Both the position numbers and the translations under genes were made by a program. The notes under the pieces are model-generated. The model saw only the letters and a list, made by a program, of their open reading frames with translations, did no database searches and was not told the origin of the DNA. Of a stretch of DNA of 64,000 nt, positions 51,050 to 60,943 are shown piece after piece; the stretch's first letter is position 1; the number at the start of each line of letters is the position of its first letter. Source of the stretch: an uncultured delta proteobacterium (GTDB lineage Bacteria; Desulfobacterota; Binatia; Binatales; Binataceae); NCBI GenBank assembly GCA_963699705.1, contig CAVOUW010000001.1:268409-332408 (forward strand). The letters run 5' to 3'.

Positions 51050-52146
51050 TTGTCTAGATGCTCGACCCTCAGCGATATTGCGCAACGTCTATCCGCTTAT
51101 CTTGGCGCGCCGGTCGCGCGCTCTGAGCGTCCTTGCCAGCGGATGGGAGACGACCGTCTTCGAATTCACACTCGAATCCGCGTCGCGAAGGTGTGCGTCT
51201 ATTCCGGTCGGGGTGCCGATGGTCTTGCGCTTCTATCAAGGCTCCTTTGCCGACGCCAAAGGCGCTCGCGAACACACCACCATCGATCGCCTGTTCGCCG
51301 CCAATTATCCGGTTCCGCGTCCTTATGCGTTCGAGAGCGACCATCACGCGCTGGGCGCGCCGTTTCTCATCATGCAGAAGCTGGCGGGTGGCCAGTTGTT
51401 CGCGGTCCGCAGCTTTCCGAGCGCGTTCAAGACTTTCTCGATGGCATTTTTTTCGTTCGTCCGTACGCAATCGCGGCTGCATAAACTCGATCCGACCAGC
51501 GCAGGCCTGCGCGAAATTCCGCGCGCATACGCACCGGTTGGTGACGCCGCTGCCCGACTCGCCGCTGCTCGATCGAGTGCTCGCGATCATCGCCAATCGC
51601 GTCGAGACCGGCCCGCTGCCCGGCCTGCGCGAGGCGCTCAATCTCGTCACCGAACGTGCGCCCAAGTTCCGCCGCAGTCCGGACGCGCTGGTGCACATGG
51701 ACTACCATCCGCTCAACGTGATGGTGCAGGGCGTGAGCGTAACCGGCGTGATCGACTGGGTGAATACCGATGTCGGCGATCGGCATCTCGACGCGGCGAT
51801 GACGGCCGTGATTCTGTCGTCTTCGGCGCTCGAGCGGCCGCGATGGATGCGCGACAACCTTGTCGGCAACGGGCTTCGCGCGAGCTTCGCGGCACTATAC
51901 ATGCCGCTCTATCACGCGATGGCGCCGATGGACTTCGAGCGTTTCAGCTACTGCCAGGCAGTCGCGGCGCTGCTGCGACTCTCGATGATGGGCATGATGC
52001 GCGCGCGCGGCCCGGAATTCGTCGGCTTCCGCCGCGAAGCTATCGACGAAGTCACGCCCGCCGTCGTGCGACTGCTGACCCGCTACGCCACCCGCAAGAG
52101 CGGCGCATCCGTGCGCCTGGACGCAGCGTCGCCGCAGCCGGCATGA
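51050..52146 (+). pseudogene. Aminoglycoside-phosphotransferase-fold (APH/ChoK-like) kinase, at least two frame breaks (about 51105-51125 and 51515-51540)
   Basis: N-terminal LSDIAQRLSAYLGAPV is in one frame. ..LSVLASGWETTVFEF..FLIMQKLAGG.. is in a second frame. The catalytic region ..LVHMDYHPLNVMV..VTGVIDWVNTDVGDRHLD.. is in a third. The start is uncertain (TTG 51050). Confidence 0.6.
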
Positions 52147-52191
52147 GCGTACCTATCGCATTCGTGCGAGAAAATCTGTAACTGATTGGGC

Positions 52192-52752
52192 ATGCGAAAG
52201 TGTTATGCCACTGCGATGGTGTTGATGAGTTGGTACCTGATGCTGCCGCCGCCGGTGATGCCGCCGGTAAAGAACGCGTCGGGCGACTACCAGGTGAACA
52301 GCGCGGCGCCGCTGTCACAATGGCTCAAGTTCAAGACGCTCAAGTCCGAGCAAGCGTGCGATGCGGCACTGAAGAAGGTGCAGCCCTTCTACAAATGCAT
52401 CCCGAGCGACGACCCCGCGCTAAAAGCCCACAGCTCCAGCCCCAGCCAGCGCCCCGAGCGTCTCAACGATCTCCGGCGCCGCCGGCGCCCATATGCAATA
52501 AGTTCTTCCCCTCTCCCTGTAAGGGAGAGGATCGAAGGTGAGGGTCCGTTATCCAGCGCGCTCTTCGCGCGCGATTTAAGATTCTGCTGTCCGAGACTCT
52601 ACGCGCGAATCATCTCGCGCAGCACGAACGGCAGGATGCCGCCGTGCCGGATGTACTCGACCTCCTCCGGCGTGTCCGCGCGCATCGTCACCTCGAACTC
52701 TTTAGTCTTGCCCTCGTGCTCCGCGCGCACTTCAACGTCTGCCGCGGTTTGA
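52192..52752 (+). CDS. Small secreted protein; only about the first 80 codons look genuine and the 3' end is probably mis-called
   Basis: [21 protein letters not shown]...APLSQW..F.....C......[11 protein letters not shown] looks like a compact periplasmic protein. Beyond that the ORF reads through repeat C4 and runs antisense to acnA. Confidence 0.3.
   Translation: MRKCYATAMVLMSWYLMLPPPVMPPVKNASGDYQVNSAAPLSQWLKFKTLKSEQACDAALKKVQPFYKCIPSDDPALKAHSSSPSQRPERLNDLRRRRRPYAISSSPLPVRERIEGEGPLSSALFARDLRFCCPRLYARIISRSTNGRMPPCRMYSTSSGVSARIVTSNSLVLPSCSARTSTSAAV
52505..52587 (-). repeat. Repeat family C, copy 4 (inverted orientation)
   Basis: Its reverse complement aligns almost base for base with 39554..39638. 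Confidence 0.75.
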
Positions 52753-55360
52753 TTCCCGCCTTCAATCCGGTGATCGAATAAACTTCCTTTCCGGTGAGCC
52801 CAAGCTTCTGCCGATTCTCGCCAGGCTTGAACTCGAGCGCGAGCACGCCCATCCCAATCAAATTGCTGCGATGGATTCGCTCGAAGTTTTCCGCGATCAC
52901 CGCGCGCACGCCGAGCAGTTGCACGCCCTTGGCGGCCCAATCGCGCGACGAGCCAGTGCCGTATTCCTTGCCCGCGATGACGATTAGCGGAATACCTTCT
53001 TTGCGATAACGCTCCGACGCATCGAAAATCGTCATCTTCTCATTGTCCGGCAGATGCGCGTGAAGCCGCCCTCGACCCCCGGCACCATCAGGTTCTTGAG
53101 CCGTATATTCGCGAGCGTCCCGCGCATCATCACTTCATGATTTCCGCGCCGCGCTCCGTACGAGTTGAAATCCTTCGGCTGCACGCCATGCTCGATCAGA
53201 TATTTCCCCGCCGGACTGTCCGGCCCGATCGAGCCCGCCGGCGAAATGTGATCGGTCGTCACGCTGTCGCCGAGAACCGCCAGCGCTCGCGCGCCGTTGA
53301 GGTCGGTGAAATCTCCAACCTTGGCAGTCACACCGTCGAAAAACGGCGGCGCCTTCACGTACAGCGAATCCTGCGCCCAGCGAAACAGGTTGCCCTCGGG
53401 AACTTGCAGGCTCTTCCATCGCTCGTCGCCCTCGAACACCTGCCCGTACTCGCTCTTGAACATCTCGGCGTGAACCGAACCGGTCACCGCGCTCGCGACC
53501 TCCTCCTGCGACGGCCAGATGTCGCGCAGGAAGACCGGACGCCCATCGGAGCCGGTGCCGAGCGGCTGATGCTCGACGTCGATATCCATCGTGCCCGCAA
53601 TCGCGTACGCGACCACCAGTGGCGGCGATGCGAGGTAGTTGAATCGCACCGCCGGATTGATGCGCCCCTCGAAATTGCGATTGCCGCTCAGAATCGCGCA
53701 CGCCACCAGGTTGCCGTTCTTGATCGCGCCGGCCAGCGCCTCATCGATCGGCCCGCTGTTGCCGATACACGTCGTGCATCCGTAACCGACCAGGTTGAAG
53801 CGCAGCTTCTCGAGCGACTCGGTCAGCCCCGCGCGCTTGAGATACTGCGTGACGACCTTCGATCCCGGCGCCAGGCTGGTCTTCACCCACGGCTTGACCG
53901 TGAGCCCGCGCGCGACCGCTTTCTTAGCGAGAATCCCCGCCGCCAGCATGACCGACGGATTCGAAGTGTTGGTGCAGCTGGTGATCGCCGCAATCACGAT
54001 CGAGCCGTGCGTGATCGGAAACTTCCCGGCCTCGCTATTCACCTCGACCTTGTGCGCGATGTGTCCCAGCTTTGATTCGAGGATCTTCCCCTCGCCCGCC
54101 GACGATGCGTTGCCGCCTTCCGCGACCCACTTCGCCGAGCTCGTCGCGATCGACGCTTGGATGCTCTTCGAACTCCTTGGCCAGCTCGCGACGGAAGTCA
54201 CTCTTCGATGCGGTCAGCGCTACTCGATCCTGCGGACGGCGCGGCCCCGCCATGCTCGGCACCACACTGCCGAGATCGAGCTCGAGGGTGTCGGAAAATT
54301 TGGGCTCGGGCGCGTCGGGCGAATTGAAAAGGCCCTGGGTCTTGCAGTACGCCTCGATCAATTTGATCTGGCTGTCGCTACGCCCGGTCAGCCGCAGATA
54401 AGTGAGCGTCTGATCGTCAACCGGGAAAAATCCCATCGTCGCGCCATACTCGGGCGACATATTTCCGAGCGTCGCGCGATCAGCGACCGGCAGCGACGCC
54501 AGCCCCGGCCCAAAATATTCGACAAACTTGCCGACCACGCCTTTCTTGCGCAGCATCTGCGTGACCGTCAGCACCAGGTCTGTCGCAGTCGCGCCGGGAC
54601 GCAGGCTGCCGGCGAGACGAAAGCCGATCACCTCGGGAATCAGCATCGGCATCGAGCGTCCCAACATCGCAGCTTCGGCCTCGATTCCACCGACGCCCCA
54701 TCCGACGACGCCGAGTCCGTTGATCATCGTCGTATGCGAGTCGGTGCCGATCACGGTGTCGGGATACGCTTCACCCTGCTCCGACGCGAACACGACCGGC
54801 GCGAGATATTCGAGATTCACCTGGTGAACGATTCCAGTGTCGGGCGGCACGACGCGGAAGTTGTCGAAGGCGCCCTGCCCCCATCGCAGGAAAAGATAGC
54901 GCTCCTGGTTGCGCTCGAATTCCAGTCGCGCGTTGGCTGCGAACGCGTTGGCGGTGCCGTACGAATCGACCTGCACCGAATGATCGATCACCAAATCCAC
55001 CGGCTGCAGCGGCCTGACCTTGTCAGGATTGCCGCCGAGCTTCTTGATCGCGTCGCGCATCACCGCCAGGTCCGCGACCACCGGCACGCCGGTGAAATCC
55101 TGCAGCAGCACGCGCGCCGGCATGAACGAGACTTCGCGCTCGCCGCCCTTGCCGTTCCATCGCGCGAGCGCCTCGATCTGTCCGGTCGTCACGATCACGC
55201 CGTCCTCGCGTCGCAGCACATTCTCGATCATCACCTTGATCGAATACGGCATGCGCGCGAGCGAGAACCCATGCTTCTCGAGCGCATCGAGCTTGTAAAT
55301 CGTGTAGCTCCTGCCATCGACCGAGAGCGTCGAACGAGCACCAAAACTATTTGTCGTCAT
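52599..55360 (-). pseudogene. acnA: Aconitate hydratase A, three frame breaks (about 54160-54172, 53056-53060 and 52735-52750)
   Basis: Four consecutive ORF pieces carry the canonical order: [21 protein letters not shown]; [25 protein letters not shown]; [16 protein letters not shown]; and the C-terminal GGILPFVLR. Confidence 0.9.
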
Positions 55361-55433
55361 GCGTTCAGAATAGCGCGCGAGCCCGCACAATCAACCGCAA
55401 ATGTTGATGACGACAACGGATCTTCTTTTTTAT

Positions 55434-55475
55434 TCGGTTCCCCTTCCCGCTCGGGAAGGGGTTAGGGGTTAGGTT
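55434..55475 (-). repeat. Repeat family B, copy 2 (inverted)
   Basis: tcggttcccc-ttcccgctcgggaa-ggggttaggggttaggtt, between the lhr stop and the acnA start. Confidence 0.7.
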
Positions 55476-55490
55476 GCCGGTCTTCAAGCA

Positions 55491-58400
55491 TCACTTTAAC
55501 TTCGCCTGCCGCGACCGCGTAGGCGCCGGGCCATGCAGCCCGTCGAACACCAGCGAGCGGCCGTCGGAATGGAAGCGCATGGCGGCGAGGATTCCGACGC
55601 GCGGAGACTCAAGCGCCGCAACGCCGTCGATCGAGTCGAGCGTGATGCGCGGCTTCAGCGTCATGAGAGCGGCGACGGCTGCGCCGAAACTTTCGTCATC
55701 CACGTTGCCATCTTCGCCGGTGATCATCGTGCGTCCTTGCAGGCCTGCAATCACATGGCCGGCGCGCAGTACGATCACGTTGCCAGCCTCGCGCGCGATG
55801 CCGCATCCGGGAATTACCGCGCCGTACGGATTGGCGGGGTCGATCGCGCTCAAGGCAATCGGCTTTTCACGCGCGGGGATTAGATTGCGACTGGCATGCA
55901 GCATCTCGACGGCTTCGGGCATCGCGTATTGCTCGCCCGAGAGCGAGCGCACGAACCATCCGCGACGAATCGCGCCGCCATATTCGAGTCGTCGCAGCGC
56001 GAAGGAGATTTCGCTCCACGAAATGTGCGTCGATTCGATTCCGAGCATCTCGCGCGCGAGGATGCCGTGGCGTTCGAGCAGCTTGAGCGCGAGGTCTCGG
56101 GTTTCATCGGCGCCGACGGCAGGAATTTCAGCGGCGCGTATCAATGACCAGCGGCCGGCGAGGCTGGACTTCAAGCGGGCGCGGACCGCACTGTCGTGAC
56201 GCGTGGTCGGGCGGCGCGCGACGGACTCGAGCGCGCGCGCGGCGGCGCGATCGTCGGAGAACATCCGCAGTGGGGCGAAGTTGTCGTTGCTGACGCGGCC
56301 CGCCGCCGCCATCCGCCACAGCGCAGACAACGCGTCGCGCTCCGAAACGTTGGCGCGCTCGGCGACTTCGTCGAGATATTGAGCGCCGGCGGCTCCCAGA
56401 GCCATCAGCACCGCTTGTTCCTTTGGATCTTCAGGCTCAGATTGCTCGCGCGGGATGAACAGCGTGGCCTTGCGCGGGACGAAGGTGACACGCGACGGAA
56501 TGCCGGCGGGATGTGTACCTTCAATGGTCGGTTCCGCGATCGCGACCCACTTCATCTGGCCGCTCATGCAGACGAGGTCGAGCATTTCGGGGCGATACCC
56601 TGCGATTCGGGCGGGCAGAATCGAGTGCTCCCAAATTTCGGGAATCGCGGCGATTCCTGAGAGCTGTTCGAGCACATTGGCGACGCCGGTCTGATCTGCG
56701 GGAAGCTCGGTGCTGCCGACGTGCATCCATCGGAGGCGGAAGGCCGCGTATTCGTGATCTGCGCACGGTTCGATCTCGGCGCGTACGCGGGCCAGCGTCA
56801 TTCGGTGGATTCGTTCGAGGTTGTAGCGGTCGCACCATTGAATCGTGTCGGAGCGGGTGAAGTGTCCGCGGAAAATCGCGCCATTCGCTTCCAGAGCCGC
56901 GAGAGCGCTCTCGATTTCGGAATCTTTCAGTTGCAGCCGCGTTGCGATTTCACTGGAGGTGGTCGGGCCTGAGGTTTTTAGGGCGCGGCGCACGAGTTCG
57001 ACGCGCGCGGCATCGCTGTCGCCGATGTTGTCGTATGCGGCGGAGAAGATTTGCTTATCTTCGGCGGCGATGATTCGCTCGACTGAGTCGTGGCCGAGGC
57101 TTACGCGTTCGATTCGATGCTCGGCTTCCAACTCGGTGAGCATCGCGCGCGCGGTTTCGCCGACACGTTCTTCGACTTCGGCCATTGTCAACGAGCCATG
57201 CGTCCGGATCAGTTCGTAGAGTTCGTCGCGCGAGCGCGGCTTGCGGCCGGGCGCACGGCCGGTTACTTCGGCGACGACGCTGTCCACCGCTTCCGACGAG
57301 AGCAGATCGGAGAGGTCTTCTTTGCGGAAGACGTCTTCGGCCATCCCGCGATTCATCGAGACGGTGCGCGAGCGGCGGTTGGCGCGCTCGCCGTCGTCGA
57401 GGAACGAGTAGTCCCATGCGAGCAGCAGGCGATGGGCGAACACCGACGGCGCGATTCCGTCCACGGCGACCGTTCGAATCGCGCCGCTCTCGATTCCTTC
57501 GAGCAGCTGGATGGTGCGCGGGAGATCGGTGGACTCCTCGAGGCATTCGCGAATGGTTTCCTCGATCACGAAATGGTCGGGGAGTTCGACCGCGCCGGGG
57601 CGGTTCTCGAAGCATGCTTGCTGGCCGGGGAAAATCGAGGACAGAAGTTCTTGCGAGCGGAGGCGCTGGATCCAGGCGGGGACTTTTTTGCCGCGCGAGG
57701 AGCGCATCACGGCGAGCGCGCGCGTGGCGACATGGCGGAAGCGCACTTCGAACATCGGCGCCGCCAGCACCGCCTGCGTCAGCACGTCACGAGCGTTGCG
57801 CGCCTTCAGCATGTCGAAAAGAGTGTCGAGCGGGAAACTGTGGCGCGAATTCAGCGCGAGCAGTACGCCGTCGTCGATCGCAGACCCCTGGATTTCGAAA
57901 TCGAAACTCTGGCAGAGGCGTTTTCGAATCGCGAGGCCGAGTCCGCGATTGAGGCGGATTCCGAACGGCGTGTGGATGACGATTTGCGTGCCACCGAGGC
58001 CGTCGAAGAAGCGCTCGACGACGACGGTCTTGGCGTCGGGAATCGCGCCGAGCGCCTCGACTCCGCGGCGAACGTAGTCGGCGGCCTGAGTGGCCGCGCG
58101 TTCCGACATCGCGCATTCGGTCATCAGCCACTCTTCGGCCGAATCGTTGCGTTCGATGCGATTCCAAATCTCGTGGCGCAGGTCGCTGATCTCGGACGAC
58201 ATCGCAGGCGAGCGGCCGCCCGCTTCGGTTAACCAGAACGGCAATGTCGGCGCCATTCCGGGCGCGGCTTCGACCATCAGGCGTCCGCGCGAGGAGCGTT
58301 GAATCTGCCAGGGCATCGAGCCCAGCGAGAACACGTCGCCGCGCGAAGATTCCTGCGCGAAGTCCTCTTCGACATCGCCGATTTTGCGGCCCTCGGATTC

Positions 58401-59972
58401 GATCACAACGTCGTAGTTGCCGGCTTCGGGGATGGTTCCGCCTGAAGTGATTACCGACAATCGCGCGGAGCGGCGCGGGCGGACGCGAGCGTTGACGCGA
58501 TCGAAGAAAATTTTCGGCGCAGCGCCCATTATTTTTTCAGGCAAATCAGTGGCCAGCTGTTCGAGGAGATGACGCAGTTTGGCGGCGTCGAGATCGCCGA
58601 AGTTGTACGCGCTGCGGAGGATGCGCAGCAGATCAGCCTCCGAGATTTCGTCTTCCTCGGCCGCGATTGCGACGATTTGCTGTGCTGCGATGTCGATGCA
58701 TCCCATCGGGATTTCGACTTCATCGAGATGCCCGTGGCGAATCGCGCGGACAGCCGCACCGCATTCGAGTAGGTCGTCGGTCGTCAGCGCGAAGAAGCGG
58801 CCCTTGGGCGTCGCGCCGAGGCTGTGTCCCGAGCGGCCGATGCGTTGAATCGCGGCCGAGATGGATTTGGGCGTATCGAGCTGACAAACGAGATCGACTG
58901 CGCCGACGTCGATGCCGAGTTCGAGCGACGCGGTCGCAACGATCGCTTTCAGCTCACCGCGTTTGAGGCGCTGCTCGGCGAGCAACCGTTCAGCGCGCGC
59001 GAGGCTGCCATGATGGGCCATCACTGCGTCGATGCCGAGCCGCTTCTGCAGATTTATCGCGACGCGCTCAGCATGGCGGCGGCTGAGCGTGAAAACCAGG
59101 GTGGTGCGATGCTCGCCGATGAGCCGCGCGACTTCGTCGTACATCGCTTCCCAATGCGGATGGGTCGCGAGCGGGCCGAGGTCAGGACCGGGCGCAATAA
59201 CCTGAAGATCCATCGCGCGGACGCGATCGTCGGCGCGAACTATTTTGATCGGACGCGGGGTGCGCGTGTTATCACGAGCCACGTCGTAGCCGGCGAGAAA
59301 TCCCGCCAGCTTTTCGATTGGATTCAACGTCGCCGAAAGGCCGATTCGATTGGGGCGCGCGTTGCCGCGACTCGTCACGAAACGTTCGAGGCGCTCCAGG
59401 GTCAGCGCGAGATGCGCGCCGCGCTTGTTGCCGGCGAGCGCGTGGAGTTCATCGACGATGACATGACGGACGCTGGCGAGCTTCTCGCGGAACTTCGGCG
59501 AAGTCAGCAGGATGAACAGCGACTCGGGCGTGGTGACGAGAATGTGAGGAGGTCGTCGGAGCATCGCAGTGCGCTCGCTGGCGGAAGTGTCGCCAGTGCG
59601 AAGGCCGGCGCGGATGTGAGAAAGATCGAGACCTGATTCGGCGCCAACGTCGCTAACGCCCTGAAGCGGCTCCTCGAGATTGAGCCGGATGTCGTTGGCG
59701 AGCGCCTTGAGCGGCGATACATACAGCACCGAGACTTCGTCGCGGAGAAGATTGTTCGCCGCATCAAGCACGAGGCCGTTGATCGCCCACATGAAGGCGG
59801 CGAGTGTCTTGCCGCTGCCGGTCGGCGCGCAAAGCAGGACATCGTAACCGACTGCGTCGTTGGCAGCGCCGATAACGGGCCATCCGAGGTCCTGGGCGCG
59901 CGAGGGGGCATCGAAGCGCCGCTCGAACCAGGCGCGAACACTGGGATGGAAGTCGTCGAGGGCGGTAGGCAT
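55491..59972 (-). CDS. lhr: Large ATP-dependent helicase, Lhr family (about 1500 aa)
   Basis: The N-terminus is typical of Lhr (F.P.VR.WF...F..P...Q...WP.I). Walker A CAPTGSGKTLAAF, DEVH-type box (VIVDELHAL), SAT (LSATL), helicase C motifs (HHGSL, RIGRSGH), and a long C-terminal extension. The frame is intact. Confidence 0.85.
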   Translation of the reverse strand: MPTALDDFHPSVRAWFERRFDAPSRAQDLGWPVIGAANDAVGYDVLLCAPTGSGKTLAAFMWAINGLVLDAANNLLRDEVSVLYVSPLKALANDIRLNLEEPLQGVSDVGAESGLDLSHIRAGLRTGDTSASERTAMLRRPPHILVTTPESLFILLTSPKFREKLASVRHVIVDELHALAGNKRGAHLALTLERLERFVTSRGNARPNRIGLSATLNPIEKLAGFLAGYDVARDNTRTPRPIKIVRADDRVRAMDLQVIAPGPDLGPLATHPHWEAMYDEVARLIGEHRTTLVFTLSRRHAERVAINLQKRLGIDAVMAHHGSLARAERLLAEQRLKRGELKAIVATASLELGIDVGAVDLVCQLDTPKSISAAIQRIGRSGHSLGATPKGRFFALTTDDLLECGAAVRAIRHGHLDEVEIPMGCIDIAAQQIVAIAAEEDEISEADLLRILRSAYNFGDLDAAKLRHLLEQLATDLPEKIMGAAPKIFFDRVNARVRPRRSARLSVITSGGTIPEAGNYDVVIESEGRKIGDVEEDFAQESSRGDVFSLGSMPWQIQRSSRGRLMVEAAPGMAPTLPFWLTEAGGRSPAMSSEISDLRHEIWNRIERNDSAEEWLMTECAMSERAATQAADYVRRGVEALGAIPDAKTVVVERFFDGLGGTQIVIHTPFGIRLNRGLGLAIRKRLCQSFDFEIQGSAIDDGVLLALNSRHSFPLDTLFDMLKARNARDVLTQAVLAAPMFEVRFRHVATRALAVMRSSRGKKVPAWIQRLRSQELLSSIFPGQQACFENRPGAVELPDHFVIEETIRECLEESTDLPRTIQLLEGIESGAIRTVAVDGIAPSVFAHRLLLAWDYSFLDDGERANRRSRTVSMNRGMAEDVFRKEDLSDLLSSEAVDSVVAEVTGRAPGRKPRSRDELYELIRTHGSLTMAEVEERVGETARAMLTELEAEHRIERVSLGHDSVERIIAAEDKQIFSAAYDNIGDSDAARVELVRRALKTSGPTTSSEIATRLQLKDSEIESALAALEANGAIFRGHFTRSDTIQWCDRYNLERIHRMTLARVRAEIEPCADHEYAAFRLRWMHVGSTELPADQTGVANVLEQLSGIAAIPEIWEHSILPARIAGYRPEMLDLVCMSGQMKWVAIAEPTIEGTHPAGIPSRVTFVPRKATLFIPREQSEPEDPKEQAVLMALGAAGAQYLDEVAERANVSERDALSALWRMAAAGRVSNDNFAPLRMFSDDRAAARALESVARRPTTRHDSAVRARLKSSLAGRWSLIRAAEIPAVGADETRDLALKLLERHGILAREMLGIESTHISWSEISFALRRLEYGGAIRRGWFVRSLSGEQYAMPEAVEMLHASRNLIPAREKPIALSAIDPANPYGAVIPGCGIAREAGNVIVLRAGHVIAGLQGRTMITGEDGNVDDESFGAAVAALMTLKPRITLDSIDGVAALESPRVGILAAMRFHSDGRSLVFDGLHGPAPTRSRQAKLK

Positions 59973-60057
59973 AGAAGGTGACTATATCACTAGGGCGTGA
60001 GCATACGAAAAATAGTTCCTGACAGGGCAGTGGCAGGAGGAAATGCACTTAGTTGAA

Positions 60058-60114
60058 ATGAAACGCGCGGTGGATTTCATGCTTCCTTCGGCAGGGGTGA
60101 CCCCTGCACCCAGT
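60058..60114 (+). repeat. Repeat family A, copy 3 (diverged first hairpin)
   Basis: atgaaacgcgcggtggatttcat followed by gcttccttcg-gcaggggtgacccctgc-acccagt. Confidence 0.65.
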
Positions 60115-60166
60115 TAGAAGAAATCGCAAAATGGCGAGGACGCCCTTTTGCTCTCACTCAAATAAA

Positions 60167-60210
60167 TCCGGTTCCCCTTCCCGCTCGGGAAAGGGGTTGG
60201 GGGTTAGGTT
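60167..60210 (-). repeat. Repeat family B, copy 3 (inverted)
   Basis: tccggttccccttcccgctcgggaaaggggttgggggttaggtt. Confidence 0.7.
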
Positions 60211-60238
60211 CTTCGCGCGTGCGCGCGATTCCAATTCT

Positions 60239-60581
60239 TACCTCGCCCGTTATTTTACGGGAGAGGCGATCGGCGGGCGCAGCCGCCGGTAGGTGAGGGT
60301 TCTGCGGTTCAAGCTGAAAGCGTGCTATGCCGCTGTCTCTTTGTTCGTGCTCTTTTTTCTTGTGTCATTCTGAGCGAAAGCTGCTGTAGCGAAGAATCTC
60401 GCCGGGCGCTCCTGCTGCTGGCGTAGGCGCTGCGCGCGAGATCCTTCGCTGCGCTCCGGATGACGGAAAAAATCAAGCGATCATACACAGACTCTTCGTG
60501 GGTTACTGATAAACCGCAGAACCCTCACCTACCGGCCGCGCTGCGTCCGGCCGCCTCTCCCGTAAAATAACGGGCGAGGTA
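60239..60581. repeat. MITE-like composite: inverted terminal arms of about 70 bp (family-C related) flanking a core of about 200 bp with its own imperfect palindrome
   Basis: The left arm (60239-60309) and the reverse complement of the right arm (60512-60581) share the first 30 nt (tacctcgcccgttattttacgggagaggcg) and the last 20 nt (taggtgagggttctgcggtt). The core palindrome is at 60364-60463 (gtcattctgagcg..gcgaagaatctcgc / gcgagatccttcgc..gctccggatgac). No ORF is present. Confidence 0.7.
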
Positions 60582-60589
60582 TCTCGGAG

Positions 60590-60943
60590 TTAGCGGTCCG
60601 AGCTTTTTAGTAAGGCGGGGAGTTGGGCGGTGAATTCGCTGCGGGAGAGGGTTAGATCGTAGCCGGCGGCGCGGGCGGCTTTTAGAGATTTCAGATCTAC
60701 GTGAGAGGCGAATCCTATCACGCGGGTACCGGGCGAGGCAGCGTGGATTTGTTTCAGAGTTTCGAGGGCGGGGAACGTTGCGTCGGAGAGATCGGTGAAG
60801 ATGATCGAAGGGTGAATCGCGGCGCATCGTGGGGCGACGGACTCGAGCGACGACGCATATTCGACTTCGGCGCCGAGCGCAGCGGCGACTGCGTCGATTT
60901 TTGCGCGGAAGAACAGGTCGCGGACTAGCGCGAGCGCCTTCAT
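60590..60943 (-). CDS. Small CheY/receiver-fold-like protein with a degenerate phospho-acceptor pocket (hypothetical)
   Basis: Alternating beta/alpha pattern (KALALV.D, SIIFTDL, RVIGFASH). It lacks the N-terminal acidic pair and the conserved Lys. The ATG overlaps the thiO stop (ATGA). Confidence 0.45.
   Translation of the reverse strand: MKALALVRDLFFRAKIDAVAAALGAEVEYASSLESVAPRCAAIHPSIIFTDLSDATFPALETLKQIHAASPGTRVIGFASHVDLKSLKAARAAGYDLTLSRSEFTAQLPALLKSSDR

Noticed and set aside
55491-59972. Lhr helicase as part of an anti-phage defence system
   Set aside because: The gene has the standard Lhr length and motif set. It stands alone between acnA and a repeat-filled spacer, with no nuclease, methylase, ATPase or effector partner.
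60000-60590. Possible CRISPR array in the repeat-dense spacer
   Set aside because: The repeats belong to different families, are partly inverted, and are not regularly spaced or of uniform length. No cas genes are in the window.
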